64,000 nt of DNA from Octopus vulgaris (GCA_951406725.2 OX597826.1:59458001-59522000); one strand, 5' to 3'. Positions 1-13,544 are shown, counted from the stretch's first letter. Notes: generated by a model from the sequence alone, not told the origin. Made by a program: numbers and translations.

Positions 1-416
1 TTGTTTTAATCTCTATGTCAACCTGGAATGCGTAAACCTATTAAGAAAACTGATCAAGCTGTGACCATCATTTGCCGCCAGACATAATGTTTCTATTTTG
101 ACAATATTCTATGAATGTACCTTTAAGATTTTAAGAGGGTGTATTGCTTTTCTGGAGCAGTTTTGTTGTTTATTCTCGCAGGTAGACGTGATAACGTAGA
201 TTTGAAATATTTAAGATCGATTTTGAGTCTTTATTTTACTATACTTTTTTTTTCCTTTTTCAAAAACGCATTATTCTGTACCTTGGTTTAAAACACCGAT
301 TCTAGAGCGTATATTGTGTCCCAAGGCAGATAAGATGCTATTTCTAACAGATGCAGAGCTAAGATATACGCCTCCTCACTCTCAGATCGGATTTACATAC
401 TGTCGCATTTTCTCTA

Positions 417-962
417 TCTTTATATATAAAAGTGAGGTTGTGTGCTGTCTGTCTCCTACGATTTAGATTCCTAACTACTCCCACATTTTGCGGTGCAGTT
501 TAACCGAAACTGGATATCTTATAGTTGTGATTCATATCAAGCCCTTCTGGGTATTAGCGCGCGTCTACGATGAGTCTACGATTTTAAAAATAATTTACCA
601 TCAATTTTTCCCATTTTTAATGCATTTTTGGCATATATATTGGAAGTAACTATCTAAAAATTTATTATTAAATCTCAGAACGTAAAAAGCTACAGTAACA
701 CCCCCCTCCCTTTCTGATTAATATCTTCTTAGAAATATATTAAATACACTCATATATGCACCCACTCACAGACGCTCCCATTTACATAAGTATACACGTG
801 CTCATATGCATGCACATATATATATACATATATATGCATACAAACACACACACATATATATATTTATGTATATATGAGATGACTATTATACTTTACATCT
901 CTAAAAATGCTTATATAGTTATTTCCCTTACAAACCCGAGCAACGCCGGGCGATACTGCTAG
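417..962 (+). mobile_element. Non-autonomous Helitron
   Basis: Starts A|TCTTTATATATAAAAG and ends with hairpin CCCGAGCAACGCCGGG followed by CTAG|T (CTAG 959-962): canonical 5'-TC and 3'-hairpin-CTRR termini inserted between A and T, no TSD. Confidence 0.8.
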
Positions 963-1486
963 TATTATATAATGAGTCAATACCCTTTTAAAACTGCGAG
1001 ATAAGTTCCTAATGTTACGTCACCTGTTATTTCTAGTATGACAAGTGTCAACGTGGATATCGACTGCTGTTTTAATAGCTGTTCAGATTTATTGCTGCAT
1101 CAACGTGTTTTATTGTATATTCTTCTCATTGTTCTATATCAAATAGCATTTTATCATGTTTATTAAGCTTGCTCTTATTTACGTTACATTTCTGCATTTA
1201 TATCTGATAATTTTTGTTACATTTATTTTCAATGAAACAAATAATCAACATCTATATTGAAAGGCTTCTGATCGATTTTCTACATTTTGTTTCTCTCATT
1301 GCTTTGACATATTTTACACTTAGGTTCTTCATTGTCCTTATGTTTATTTATTTTTTCTTTATTAGGCTTCTAATTCAATTTCGTATCTTCCATTTATTTC
1401 TTCTTCAATGACACCTCCTTCAGTTAGAACTACTACCTCTACCACTGTTGATCCTGCCTATAACAACAACAGCAACAACAACAAGA

Positions 1487-1715
1487 ATTCTTTGTACCAT
1501 GGGCACAAGGCCTGAATTTTTTTTTTTCTTTTTGGAGTAGGGACTAGTCAATCCCTTCGACCCAAGTGTTTCACTGGTATTTAATTTATCGACCCCGCAA
1601 AGATGAAAGGCAAAGTTGTTGACCGCGGCAGAATTTGAACTAGGATCTTACAGACGGGCGAAATGCTGCTAAGCACCTTGTCCGACAAGCTAACGACTCT
1701 GCTAGCTCGCCGCCT
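1487..1715 (-). mobile_element. tRNA-derived SINE family A (head GGCGGCGAGCTGGCAGAA; central GCCTTTCATCCTTTCGGGGTCGATAAATTAAGTACCAG domain)
   Basis: Reverse complement has the shared head, a B-box-like GTTCAAAT and the central domain found in more than 15 other copies in the window. Confidence 0.8.
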
Positions 1716-1736
1716 CAGAGATAACAACAACAAAGT

Positions 1737-1920
1737 GGAGGCGCAATGGCCCAGTGGTTAGGGCAGCGGACCCGCGGTCATAAAAACGCGGTTTCGATTC
1801 CCAGACCGGGCATTGTAATTGTTTATTGAGCAAAAACAAGTTCCACGAGGCTCCGGCAGGCGAGGGTGGTGAACCCCTCTGTACTCTTTCACCACAACTT
1901 TCTCTCACTCTTTCTTCCTA
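1737..1920 (+). mobile_element. tRNA-derived SINE family C (head GGAGGCGCAATGGCCCAGTGGTTAGGGCAGCGGAC)
   Basis: A box TGGCCCAGTGG and B-box-like GGTTTCGATTCC; same head at 40508, 43616, 45622, 57364, 59146 and 59825. Confidence 0.8.
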
Positions 1921-2454
1921 CTTCTGTCACAAAGCAGAGGAACCATGGTGTAACTCACAATGGTGTGGTAAACTTTCAGACCCTGGTCAAGATTGCGAAT
2001 CCTCTGTACCACTGGATGGTTCAGCTCTCCACCCGTTAAAAGCCACCGTTTACGGAATGAGGATAACAACGTAGCTTTCGCGCTCGTGCAACCGCCAGTC
2101 TATCGCGTGTGGTGGGTGGATCTTCAAGTTGCCGTACGCATATTTAGTAGCCCAGAGTAGGCTCGAATTAGCGATTATTCTTTGTGGCTAATGCCGTGAG
2201 TCCTGATTGGAAGAAGAAGACAACAACAAAAATAAAAACAACAATAGTTATACTTTCAAATTTTAGAGGAAGGTCTGCCAGTTCGGTGGTGGATGAACAA
2301 ATCGATCACATCAACCTTCAGTGCTCAACTGGACAAAGTGCCACTAGGCATTTTGTCTGGTTGTGCGAAAGATTCGGCCTCAATGATAAAAACAACAAAA
2401 TCCCCACTACCGTCACCATCACCAACAACAACAACAACAACAATAGCAATAATA

Positions 2455-3105
2455 ATAATGGTTTCAAATTTTGGCTGAAGACCAGCAACTTCGGGGTAAC
2501 AGGTGAAGTCAATTGCATCAATCCCAGTGTTCAACTGGTACCTATTTTATCGACCCCCGAAAGGATGAAAGCTAAACTCGGCCACGGCGGAATTTGAACT
2601 CAGAATGTAAAGACGAACTACATCTAGCTAGGCATTTTTCCCAGCGTGCTAACGGTTCTTATTACTTTATTGTCCACAAGGTGCTAAAACATAGAGGGGA
2701 CAAACAAGGACAGACAAAGGGATTACGTCGATTACATCGACCCCATAGAGCGTAATTATTGTTTAATTTATCGACCCCGAAAGGATGAAAGGCAAAATCG
2801 ACCTTGGCGGAATTTGAGCTCAAAACGTAACGGCAAGCGAAATAACGCTAAACATTTCGCCCGGCGTGCTAACGTTTCTTATTTCTTTATTGCCCACAAG
2901 GGGCTAAACATAGGGGGGACAAACAAGGTCAGACAAACGGATTAAGCCGATTACATCGATCCCAGTGCGTAACTGGTACTTAATTTATCGACCCCGAAAG
3001 GATGAAAGGCAAAGTCGACCTCGGCGGAATTTGAACTCAGAACATAACGGCCGACCAAATACCGCTAAGCATTTCGCCCAGTGTGCTAAGGTTTCTGTCA
3101 GCTGA
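2455..3105 (-). mobile_element. SINE family A, head-to-tail trimer
   Basis: Three consecutive ~220-bp units, each with TTTATCGACCCCGAAAGGATGAAAG; junctions near 2660 and 2880. Confidence 0.85.
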
Positions 3106-3133
3106 CGGTCTTAGTGCTAACGGTTCTGCCAAA

Positions 3134-3315
3134 CGCAAAGAACCTTCTGACTACCATCAACATATGGGCTGTTGCTGTCATCTGCTATAGTGCAGCCATT
3201 CTCAAATGGACACGAGCTAAGATTGACCGACTCGATCGCACTACCCTAAAAAGGGTGACAATGCATGGTACCCTCCACCCTGAGGCGAACTTACATTGGC
3301 TGTACATGAAAAAGT
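3134..3315 (+). mobile_element. R4/Dong-like non-LTR retrotransposon fragment (post-RT region)
   Basis: Translation NLLTTINIWAVAVICYSAAILKWTRAKIDRLDRTTLKRVTMHGTLHPEANLHWLY matches the N-x-W-A...YS...W...LDRK...HP...RLY motif of R4-clade ORFs (recognised, not searched). Confidence 0.7.
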
Positions 3316-3339
3316 GTAAAAGTACCATCATAGCTATCA

Positions 3340-4171
3340 CCAGCAAAACCACTATCGTATCCTCATCCTCCTCTTCTTCTCCTTGTTCCACCTCCTCCTT
3401 CTCATCATCATCATCATCATCACCAAGACGCCTACCACTACCACAGCCATCAACTTCATCGTCATCATCATTATCATCATCATTACCATCAAATCCATCA
3501 TCCTGATCTTTCTCCTCCTCCAGCCCCTGCCTTTTCTACTCCTTCGCCTCCTCCTCCTCCTCCCCTTCCAGCGCCTGCCCCGCCTTATCATCACCGTCAT
3601 CATCGTCGTCTTCGTCGTCGTTGTCATCATCTTCATTATTGACCGTCCAACATAATCATAATGCTGTTCTCCTTCCTACCTGTGTAAGCCATCCTATCAC
3701 CATCACCACCACCACCACCACAACCCTACTAATCCACTCTACCAAATTAAGGCAATAATTATCAAACTGACATGGTGTCTAATTACTTTTATTGTTGTAT
3801 TGTTTCTTGTTTTATTTGTTGCTGTTATTTGTTCTTCACTTGTTGATGTCGTTAATGCTGTCTTCATGTTGAAAATGATGATAGTGGTGATGGTGATGGT
3901 AATGATGATAATGATGGTGATGATGATGACGACGACGACGACAGAGGCGATGATGTCGACAAACCCAACAAAGAGAACCTTGACCAAGTTGATAACAACG
4001 ACGGTACTGTGTTGTAGTAACATGATCATGATGGTGATGACAATGATAATGACGATAATGATGACGATGATGATGATGATGACGATGACGATGACAATGA
4101 CGATGACGATAATTACGTTGATCATAATAAAGACGATGATGATGACGATCATCATCATCAGCATCATCATT

Positions 4172-4233
<62 letters not shown>

Positions 4234-4393
4234 TATCGTATTTCTGTCGTTGCTGATGTTGTTGATGATGACGATGATTTGAACGACGCCGACGAGGAGC
4301 ACACAGACTTGGTTGATAGTGGTAATGGTTAACGACGATGATGTTAATGTCGATGATTATAATAAAAATTATGATGACCATGATGATGAACAC

Positions 4394-4443
<50 letters not shown>

Positions 4444-4503
4444 CGATGATGATGATGATGATGAACACGATGATGATGATGATGATGATGATGAAGATGA
4501 TGA

Positions 4504-4587
<84 letters not shown>

Positions 4588-4629
4588 CGATGATGATGAA
4601 GATGATGATGATGATGGTGGTGGTGGTGG

Positions 4630-4678
<49 letters not shown>

Positions 4679-4840
4679 ATGATGATGATGAAGATGATGA
4701 TATTGACGATGATGATGGTATTCATTTTAATGATGTTGCTGCTACTGATGATGATGATGATGATGATGATGGTGATGATCATGATGATGATCATGATGAT
4801 GATGAGAACGACGAGGAGAACAAAGACGACGACGACGATA
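3340..4840. repeat. Compound (ATC)n/(GAT)n microsatellite region with strand switches
   Basis: ATC/CCT-rich 3350-3730, GAT 3880-4147, ATC 4148-4236, long GAT 4380-4805. Confidence 0.95.
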
Positions 4841-5307
4841 ATGAGGGTGGAAATTGTAAGTTAGTTAACTCGAAAGTAATGAATGAATTTAATAAAAATC
4901 CTGATGATATTATTAATGAATTCATACTGATGCAATTTCTGCTGTTGCAATTGTGGTTGTTGTTGTTGTTGTTTATGTTGTTATTGTCGTTAGTTTAATG
5001 TATTTTTAATGTTGTATCGTCTACGATGTCTAAACCTAGTTGGATCAAGATTAATATATTGTATTTATATTATTGTCTTTGTTGTTAGCCATAAACGAGC
5101 GAAGCTATGACCAAAGAGCTTCCAGTCACGACGATGTTAGCTAGTTTAAACTTCCTTTTGTTTCAAAAATTTAGTAGCAGATGATTTGATGGTGATTAGC
5201 CCGTTATCTCTATTAGATCGTGCGACGGTGTAATCACTAATTGAAATACTTCCTATATTCAAAATAACAAAATATTCTGTACATTCATTATCTTTGAGAA
5301 TATGTAT

Positions 5308-5712
5308 GCGTAGGAGTGGCTGTGTGGTAAGTAGCTTGCTTACCAGCCACATGGTTCCGGGTTCTGTTCCACTGCTTGGCACCTTGGGCAAGTGTTTTCT
5401 ACTATAGCCTCGGGCCGACCAAAGCTTTGTGAGTGGATTTGGTAGAGAGAAACTGAAAGAAGCCTGTTGTATTTATATGTATATATATATATTTATAAGT
5501 ATGTGTGTGTATTTGTTTGTGTGTCTGTGTTTGTCCCCACCCCACCCAACATCGGTTGACAACTGATGGTGGTGTGTTTACGTCCCCATACCTTAGCGGT
5601 TCCGCAAAAGAGACCGATAGAATAAGTACTAGGCTTACAAAGAATAAATCCTGGGGTCGACTAAAGGCGGTGCTCCAGAATGACCGCAATCAAATGGCTG
5701 AAACAAGTAAGA
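5308..5712 (+). mobile_element. tRNA-derived SINE family B (head GGCGCAGGAGTGGCTGTGTGGTAAG; CORE-like ACCTTGGGCAAGTG)
   Basis: Near-full-length copy with internal (TA)/(TG) tract; homologous to 9687, 38193 and 43132. Confidence 0.85.
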
Positions 5713-6271
5713 ACAAAAAAAAAGAAAAAAGGAAAGTATCTATTACATTTAATCCAGACGCTTTTGATTTATTATTTCCTCCTTCAACTTCTATACTTGA
5801 TATTGGCACATTTTATATTTGCCTGGTTTTGAGTATGAGCCCTGCTTTATTTCTTTCTCAGAACCCTTGCTTTCTCGCCTTCATTCAGATTTTAGAATCT
5901 TCCACAACATTGTCCGCTAAGATTATATATTTTAAGCATTCTATTCAGTAATGACGATCACACAATTGTATATACTTCTTTGCACACCTGTTGCAATATC
6001 ACTCTGCAAAAAGAAAAATGTCGGGAAATTTAATCCTGTTTTATTTTTATTTCATTTCATAGACGTCAGCTCTCACAAAATTAAGTACTTGTTTGGCTCA
6101 AACGAAAGATATCATCTAGTGTGTAGGTTTCTTTGTATCTTGTATAAGATGTCTGCGCATTGTATTATTGTTTCATTTATTTCATTTATTTTATAGCCAA
6201 GTGATCAGTCATCGTTTCAGTAATTATTAAATAGAAATATTTTGAAAATAAATTATAGTTGATCAAGGAGC

Positions 6272-6331
<60 letters not shown>

Positions 6332-6399
6332 GACATGAATCTCAACCAAAATAAAGGAATGAATTATTCACTCAGAAATAAATAAGCATATTGTTAATC

Positions 6400-6781
6400 T
6401 GAGCCGCTACGTTCTGAGTTCAAATTCCGCTGAGGTCGACTTTGCCTTTCATCCTTTCGGGGTTGATAAATTAAGTACCAGTTACACACTGGGGTCGAAA
6501 TAATCGACTTAATCCATTTTTCTCCCCCCTCCTCTGTGTTTAGCCCCTTGTGGGTAGTAAAGAAATAGGTACGCACCTGTCTTTACGTTCTGAGTTCAAA
6601 TTCCGCCGAGGTCGACTTTGCCTTTCATCCTTTCGGGGTCGATAAATTAAGTACCAGTCTTTGCATCTGTCTGTGTTTAATTATTGTTGTTCTGTGGGTC
6701 GATGGAATCGACTTAATCCGTTTGTCTGTCCTTGTTTGTCCCCTCTGTGTTTAGCCCCTTGCGGGTAGTAAAGAAATAGGT
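6400..6781 (+). mobile_element. SINE family A dimer of 5'-truncated units
   Basis: Two TACGTTCTGAGTTCAAATTCCG...GGGTAGTAAAGAAATAGGT units in tandem. Confidence 0.85.
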
Positions 6782-6836
6782 GATCCGGAATCACTAACGC
6801 CACCTCAACGCCACTTTTTTTTCTTTCTTTAACATT

Positions 6837-6905
6837 GTGAAGAATAATGACAGTAATTTCTCCATTTTTATTTGGAAATTGAAACGGAGAGGGATTAAAT
6901 TCGGT
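6837..6905 (+). mobile_element. Possible Penelope GIY-YIG C-terminal remnant
   Basis: SNFSIFIWKLKRRGIKF resembles the LSKYIWxLKxxxxxF motif of Penelope-like ORFs; very short. Confidence 0.3.
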
Positions 6906-7049
6906 GGCCGAAGGAAATGTTTAAAAGATCTAGAGGAAAAAGCACAAACTTATAATGCAATGATAATAATGATGGCCTCTTCGATTGAAGAAGAACCTAT
7001 GAGCGTTCGGTTTTTACCGAACGACCTGCACAAATTATCTGTTTTTAGT

Positions 7050-7259
7050 CGCCAAATGTTCGTACCACACATTAGATCACTCTTTCCATCAAATACACAT
7101 TGTCTGGACGGATGTACAGTGTACCACGTATCAGGTGTCAAAGTGATCGCAGAACAGCGCGAGATGAAGTATTTTGCTCAAGAACACAACGCACCACTCA
7201 GTCTACGAATTGAAATCATGATCGCTGGATCGCGCGTGCAACACCCTTACCATTAAGTC

Positions 7260-7260
<1 letters not shown>
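7050..7260 (-). mobile_element. tRNA-derived SINE family D, degenerate
   Basis: Reverse complement contains GTGCGTTGTGTTCTTGAGCAAAATACTTCATCTC, shared with 26880, 39343 and 57113. Confidence 0.6.
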
Positions 7261-7503
<243 letters not shown>

Positions 7504-7634
7504 TCGACCCTAATACATATAGTTTTACACCTGGTATACATATTCTATCGGAAACCTTTCCAGAAACACAAACTTACTGGACGCACAAAAGCAGCCACCG
7601 GTTGTCAAGGTATTGGTCGACGACACACACACTC

Positions 7635-7637
<3 letters not shown>

Positions 7638-7681
<44 letters not shown>

Positions 7682-7701
7682 CATACATATATAAATATAT
7701 A

Positions 7702-7749
<48 letters not shown>

Positions 7750-7754
7750 TATAT

Positions 7755-7829
<75 letters not shown>

Positions 7830-7830
7830 T
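7638..7830. repeat. (TA)n/(GATA)n microsatellite
   Basis: Seen directly. Confidence 0.95.
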
Positions 7831-8740
7831 ACTGTTTCTAGACCTGTGTAGTTACATCTTGCAGCAGAAGAGATGTTGAAGTGTATTGTTGCACCGTTAT
7901 AATAGACAAGGCCATTTTGATTGTTGAAGTTATTCCCGAGGGACTGTGAATTTTTACTGTTAGAATTATAAGTCGGCTATCTAGTGTATAGGTTTCTTTG
8001 TATCTTGTATAAGTTGTCTGCGCATGTACTGTTGCTTCATTTATTTCATAGTCAAGACCGAGAGAAACATGACAGAAATACAACGCAACAAATTCTTCAG
8101 ATACAAAAGTATAATATTCATAGTTAAATGTTCTATTGATAAATATATTATCAACATCCTCAGGAGGAAGTATACAAATAGAATTACACTACACTTTAAG
8201 ATACCATAAAAAATATTCTTAAACAACATATATAAAAAAATGTTTATAAATATAACGAAAGAACATAATCCAACGAGTAAATAAGAAAAGAATAATAATA
8301 TTTATGAATTCAGTTGCATATGGGAAAGAATTTCTCACGTTGTTATATAGGCCAAACATGTACAACACTCAGTGCTAACTATCTACGCATTTACAACAAG
8401 AAGCACAGATTAAATCCACTACATAAGAGCAGCACGAATTTTATCACTATAAAAACAGCGCTAGGTTTGTGTGTAACATACTTATAACCTAGTCAACTAC
8501 TACACAATGTACAAGATAATAGTGAAGGAAGCCATAATGATGAAACAACTCTTAAAACAACGTGAGAGGCAATATAGGCGACTAAGAAACAAAGAATTTG
8601 AAGATATATACCTGGTAAATTATAATGAAATTCTAAAGTTCAACATTTATTAAATTATAAATATTGGCAAAATATATTAGAATTAGAAAACTAAACAACG
8701 GGCACTGGAACGTTGTATTTTCCGAACAGAGCACAACGGA

Positions 8741-8771
<31 letters not shown>

Positions 8772-8837
8772 TGTATGTTTGGTATGTTTGTATGTATGCA
8801 TGTATGTAAGTATGTATGTGTGTATGTATATATACAT

Positions 8838-8897
<60 letters not shown>

Positions 8898-9686
8898 CAC
8901 TTTATGTCGGTGCTCCAGCATGCCCGCAGTGAAATGACTGAAACACTTAAAGGAAAAAAAGAATATATACATGTGTTTGTTTGTGTGTGTATACACATAC
9001 ACAATCTATATATGAAAAGAGAGAGAAAATGAAGGATAGACATATGCATACACACACATGTATACATAAACATGAATATAAATACACAAAGATTTATATA
9101 CACAGAAACCTACACGCACTCACGCATATTCTCACATATATTTAGTTCTTCTCCCTGATACTCCACTCTGTTTAATGCTTTCACTCTACGCGCATATAGA
9201 TATATGCGACAAAGTATTAGTATGTTTACGTGAATGTGTCACAATAAAGATTTCAAGGAAACACGATCATTTTCGTCACTAATTGAATAGTTCTGGAAAC
9301 AATGTAAATGGCTCTTGACACTAATCTGTTTAAAAATGAACAACCAGCAGAGGGTTAATATATTTTAATAATGTACAGTGACATCCTTACACACATACAT
9401 ACATACATAGGAATATATTCACACACATACAATATATATTTATATCCATGGATACATATACCACTGTGTGTTCTACGTAAGCGTCTAAAGAAATTGGTAC
9501 CAGGGCAATTTTAAGTAAAATAATCAATATAAAAATAAATAGAGAGATATTAAAATAATGATTCTGACAAGATATATCGTGTTTCCATCACTTTAAAACT
9601 CATCCTAAAAACTAATTCCAAATATATTGAAAACGGCTGTGTATTATATGTGTGCGTGTGTGTCTGTGTGCGTACGAACGTGATGT

Positions 9687-10070
9687 GGAGTGGTTGTGTG
9701 GTTTAGTAGCTTGCTTACGAACCACATGGTTCCGGGTTCAGGGTTCAGTCCCACTGCGTGGCAACTTGGGCAGGTGTCTTCTACTATAGCCTCGGGCTGA
9801 CTGAAGTCTTGTGAGTGGATTTGGTAGACAGAAACTGAAAGAAGCCCGTCGTATATATATATATGTGTGTGTATGTGTTTGTGTGTCTGTGTTTGTCTCT
9901 CCAACATCACTTGACAACCGATGCAGGTGTGTTTACGTCCCCGTAAATTAGCGCTTCGGCAAAAAACACCGATAGAATAAGTACAAAGAATAAGTCTTGG
10001 GGTCGATTTGCTCGACTAAAGGTGGTGCTCTAACAAGGCCACAGTCAAATGACTGAAAGAGTAAAAGAAT
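9687..10070 (+). mobile_element. SINE family B
   Basis: Homologous to 5308-5712 over its full length. Confidence 0.85.
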
Positions 10071-10134
10071 AATATAAATATTATATAAATATATGCATAT
10101 ATACATACATATATGTACATACCTTCATATATAT

Positions 10135-10299
10135 GTATATATATACATACATATATGGGTACAGGACATAAAAAAAACGTTGAACACAATAAGAAACGAA
10201 AACATTAAAACAAAAACATAGAAATGAGACATGCAACCTAAAGAATAATACCCCTTCTTCAGTTGCCCCTGTTTCATGTACTCAGCGTTCCGAAGGCAA

Positions 10300-10302
<3 letters not shown>
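10135..10302 (-). mobile_element. Penelope-like pseudo-LTR tail fragment between (TA)n tracts
   Basis: Reverse complement GAAACAGGGGCAACTGAAGAAGGGG...GTCCTGTACCCATATATG is homologous to 58407-58590 and more weakly to 25600-25780. Confidence 0.5.
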
Positions 10303-10345
<43 letters not shown>

Positions 10346-10940
10346 AATACTTTATACATTCAATTCCTTGTGTGTTTATACAAATCATACTCTGTGTTCA
10401 GTTACAAGTGGCTTAGTATTTGAGTACATTTGTGTACATTTATGATTTTGTCTGTATGTGCAGATTCGTTGTCGCTTACTACTCTCTTAATATTGTCTGC
10501 CTTAATTATTTTTTCCCTATATATTGAAATAGGCTATATCTCAAAACGCCAGATTCTTTAATGCTATTTTCATGGTCGCGCCTATTCCTATTTACACTTC
10601 ATTTCTTTTAATTTGCACTTCTATCGCTCCGCAATGGTACATCCTCTCATTCTTTTGTTTCTCTCTACATGTTTTTCTATTTTCTCATCAATACAACATA
10701 GTCAAACATGATGTATCAGAGTACTATTTGTTTACATGCATTTGTTGTAAGAGAAGCACTCTCTTTATTAAGATTAGATGAAGTTTAGAACCGTAAATAT
10801 AGTCGATATATCTGTTTCGAATAATATTCAGAATATGTGGTTTGATCAAGTTTAATACCTTTATAAAGTATTATCATAAGAGATACATGCGTGAATATAT
10901 ATACACAAAAATACAGACATGCATACATACATATGTACAT

Positions 10941-11013
<73 letters not shown>

Positions 11014-11015
<2 letters not shown>

Positions 11016-11228
11016 CGTTAATCCAAACATGAAAACACCAAGAGAAAACACAACAACGCGAGGACGTGGAACAAATATAGTATTATTGGACGCTTAGGAA
11101 GAACGGGAAGAAGGAGGGTTTTACGTTTCGAGCGGAGCTCTTCGTCAGAAACATAGGAAAAGGAAAGATCCAGAAGAGGGAAGACGGAGGAAAAAATCGC
11201 CAACGGTACACACGCGGTCACATTTTGA
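11014..11228 (-). mobile_element. Penelope-like pseudo-LTR fragment carrying a hammerhead
   Basis: Contains the HHR at 11118-11152 and ends (minus strand) directly in a (TA)n(TG)n tract. Confidence 0.65.
11118..11152 (-). ncRNA. Minimal type I hammerhead ribozyme
   Basis: Minus strand: gttt CTGACGA A gagc-tcc-gctc GAAA cg TA aaac. Stem I 4 bp, stem II 4 bp, palindromic minimal stem III, intact core. Confidence 0.75.
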
Positions 11229-11423
11229 ATGTATATATGTGTGTGGGTGTATAGGTAGATCGATCGATAGATAGATAGATGTATATACGTAATGATAGAA
11301 GCACGCGTTTATGTTATATGTATATATATATAGATATATATATATATACAAATTTGCATATACATTTACACATAGGAACGTGTGTATATTTATATAAATT
11401 AATAGTTATATATATATTTATAA

Positions 11424-11478
<55 letters not shown>

Positions 11479-11799
11479 CTCATATTTTTATGTTTATGAC
11501 ATATATATTCACGCACTCCCATAAAGTCACGTATATACGCAGATACGCGTACAGACACGCGCACAGACACATATATATTTAACGCAAATATCTGAGATTC
11601 CTCTGTCAATATATGTTGTGAAATTCCTTCCCTTGTTAAGAAACATCAGTTTATATATTTATTTTTCTATCTATGTTTCCTGTTTTTAAGATTAAATTGA
11701 ACCTTGTTAAAAATTGTCTTTAATCCCGTTTTTGGTTGCTGAACTGTCATATATAATCCCCGGGGATTAAACAAGACAAAATGCAATAAAAACAATTTA

Positions 11800-11813
11800 T
11801 GATAATAATAATA

Positions 11814-11872
<59 letters not shown>
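11800..11872. repeat. (TAA)n microsatellite
   Basis: Seen directly. Confidence 0.95.
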
Positions 11873-11873
<1 letters not shown>

Positions 11874-12611
11874 TAAGAAATGACTCTTGTCAGAAAATGA
11901 GGTGAATATTTAAGATTTGTAGAAAATGACAGTGTAATTAAATGTGAACTGACTTGAAAATTCTTCTTCTATATGAAATAATGATTGTTAACAAGCAATT
12001 ACATTTCGAAGCTCGAGGTGTATTGGCACCTTGTTAGAGCGTTGAACGAAAGGTTTACCGGAGTTTTTTGTGGTGCTATAGATTATGTGTTCGAAACTGT
12101 CGTGATCAAATTTACATTTTATTCTTCCAGATGCTATATAGCAATCGACAATTACTAAAATTTCTCTGAAATGTCTAGTCTCAACCTATGTTACAAAACC
12201 GAGGGTCAGTGGCTTGCCAGAATCATCAGTATTAAATAATGTTTCTATACTTTCTAAGTTGAAATCCCATCATGGTCAATTTTATTTTTTTATTCCTCTG
12301 GAAAGATAAAGTAAGGTGCCAATCTTTTATTCGTTTCAGTCATAAATAACCACGTTTCCTAAAAATTCATGGACTACTACCAAAATTTGGTGTGGTTTGT
12401 AGTTTTTACCGATCAGCTGTTTTCGAGTGGTTTTACCAAAAAACAGTTTTCGCATGTATTATGGGGCCAAGACCGAATTTGGGATTACACAATCGTCCTT
12501 CTTTAATAGAGATGGTGAGGCAGTATTCTATGTTATTTTGGCCATAATACAAAATGTTGTGTGGCGGAAGGGACTGAAAGGATATTGTTTGTTTGTTTGT
12601 TTGTTCCCTCT

Positions 12612-12904
12612 CGAGCCATGGCTGACTCTTAAGGACCGGTTTCCCGGTTTCCTTGGCGTATAGGTTCCCCATCTGGACGCGACGCCGGTCCGTCGCAGGT
12701 GAGCTGCAAGATGCAGGAGGAAAGAGTGAGAGAAAGGTATGGTGAAAGAGTCAGCAGAAGTCCACCATTACCTTCTGCCGGAGCCGCGTGGAGCTTAGGT
12801 GTTTCGCTGATAAACACACACACACATCACCCGGTCTGAGATTCGAATCCACGATCCCTCGTCTGCGAGTCCGCTGCTCTAACCACTAGGCCATGTGCCT
12901 CCAC
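12612..12904 (-). mobile_element. SINE family C-related variant
   Basis: Reverse complement head GGAGGCACATGGCCTAGTGGTTAGAGCAGCGGACTCGC; tail GGAAACCGGGAAACCGGTCC shared with 43850 and 57310. Confidence 0.75.
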
Positions 12905-13369
12905 ACTGAAAGGATATAGCACAGACACCACAATTTTCTTTGAACAAAGCTTCATCGACTTCTGCAAGATTCAATTCGAATTTGGAAAGGAGAGATAAGT
13001 TCTCTCCTCCAGTGAATTTGGAAATAGTTGAGTGACTAGAATAATTGGTTACAACGAATAGAATGATTCAAAGCGTGAACATGTAGTTTTGCGAACAAAT
13101 ATTTCAATACGGCTTGTACTTTGTTGACAAGATGAACTTGGAGCTGCAGAACTCCTCGACCAGCGCTAGTTGGATGCTCTCATGTAGCAAGACGGTTGCA
13201 TCATACTTATGCGCTTGGTTTTTGCATATGTATAAATCCTCTCCATTTTTTTCTGATCCTTCTTTGACTTCTTACCTGATTCAATGTAAGCTTGTCTTTG
13301 TAGCGACCCTTCATAAATGCACTTTGGGAAATTAAATAAATAATATTTTTATTGTTATTGTAATAGTTG

Positions 13370-13420
13370 TTGTCGTCATCACAGTCATCATCATCATCAT
13401 CATCATCGTCGTCGTCGTCG

Positions 13421-13479
<59 letters not shown>

Positions 13480-13490
13480 TTCATCATCAC

Positions 13491-13544
<54 letters not shown>

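Noticed and set aside
1737-1810. tRNA gene at SINE heads (also 40508, 45622, 57113 and others)
   Set aside because: A and B boxes are present but there is no complete cloverleaf or terminator, and the sequence continues into a repeated SINE body.
2455-3105. Regularly spaced repeats resembling a CRISPR array
   Set aside because: Whole ~220-bp units are homologous (no unique spacers), they are SINE copies, there are no cas genes, and the context is eukaryotic.
3352-4864. Long ORFs (poly-M/D/H/I/S), up to 210 aa
   Set aside because: Translations of (GAT)n/(ATC)n microsatellites, open in several frames on both strands.
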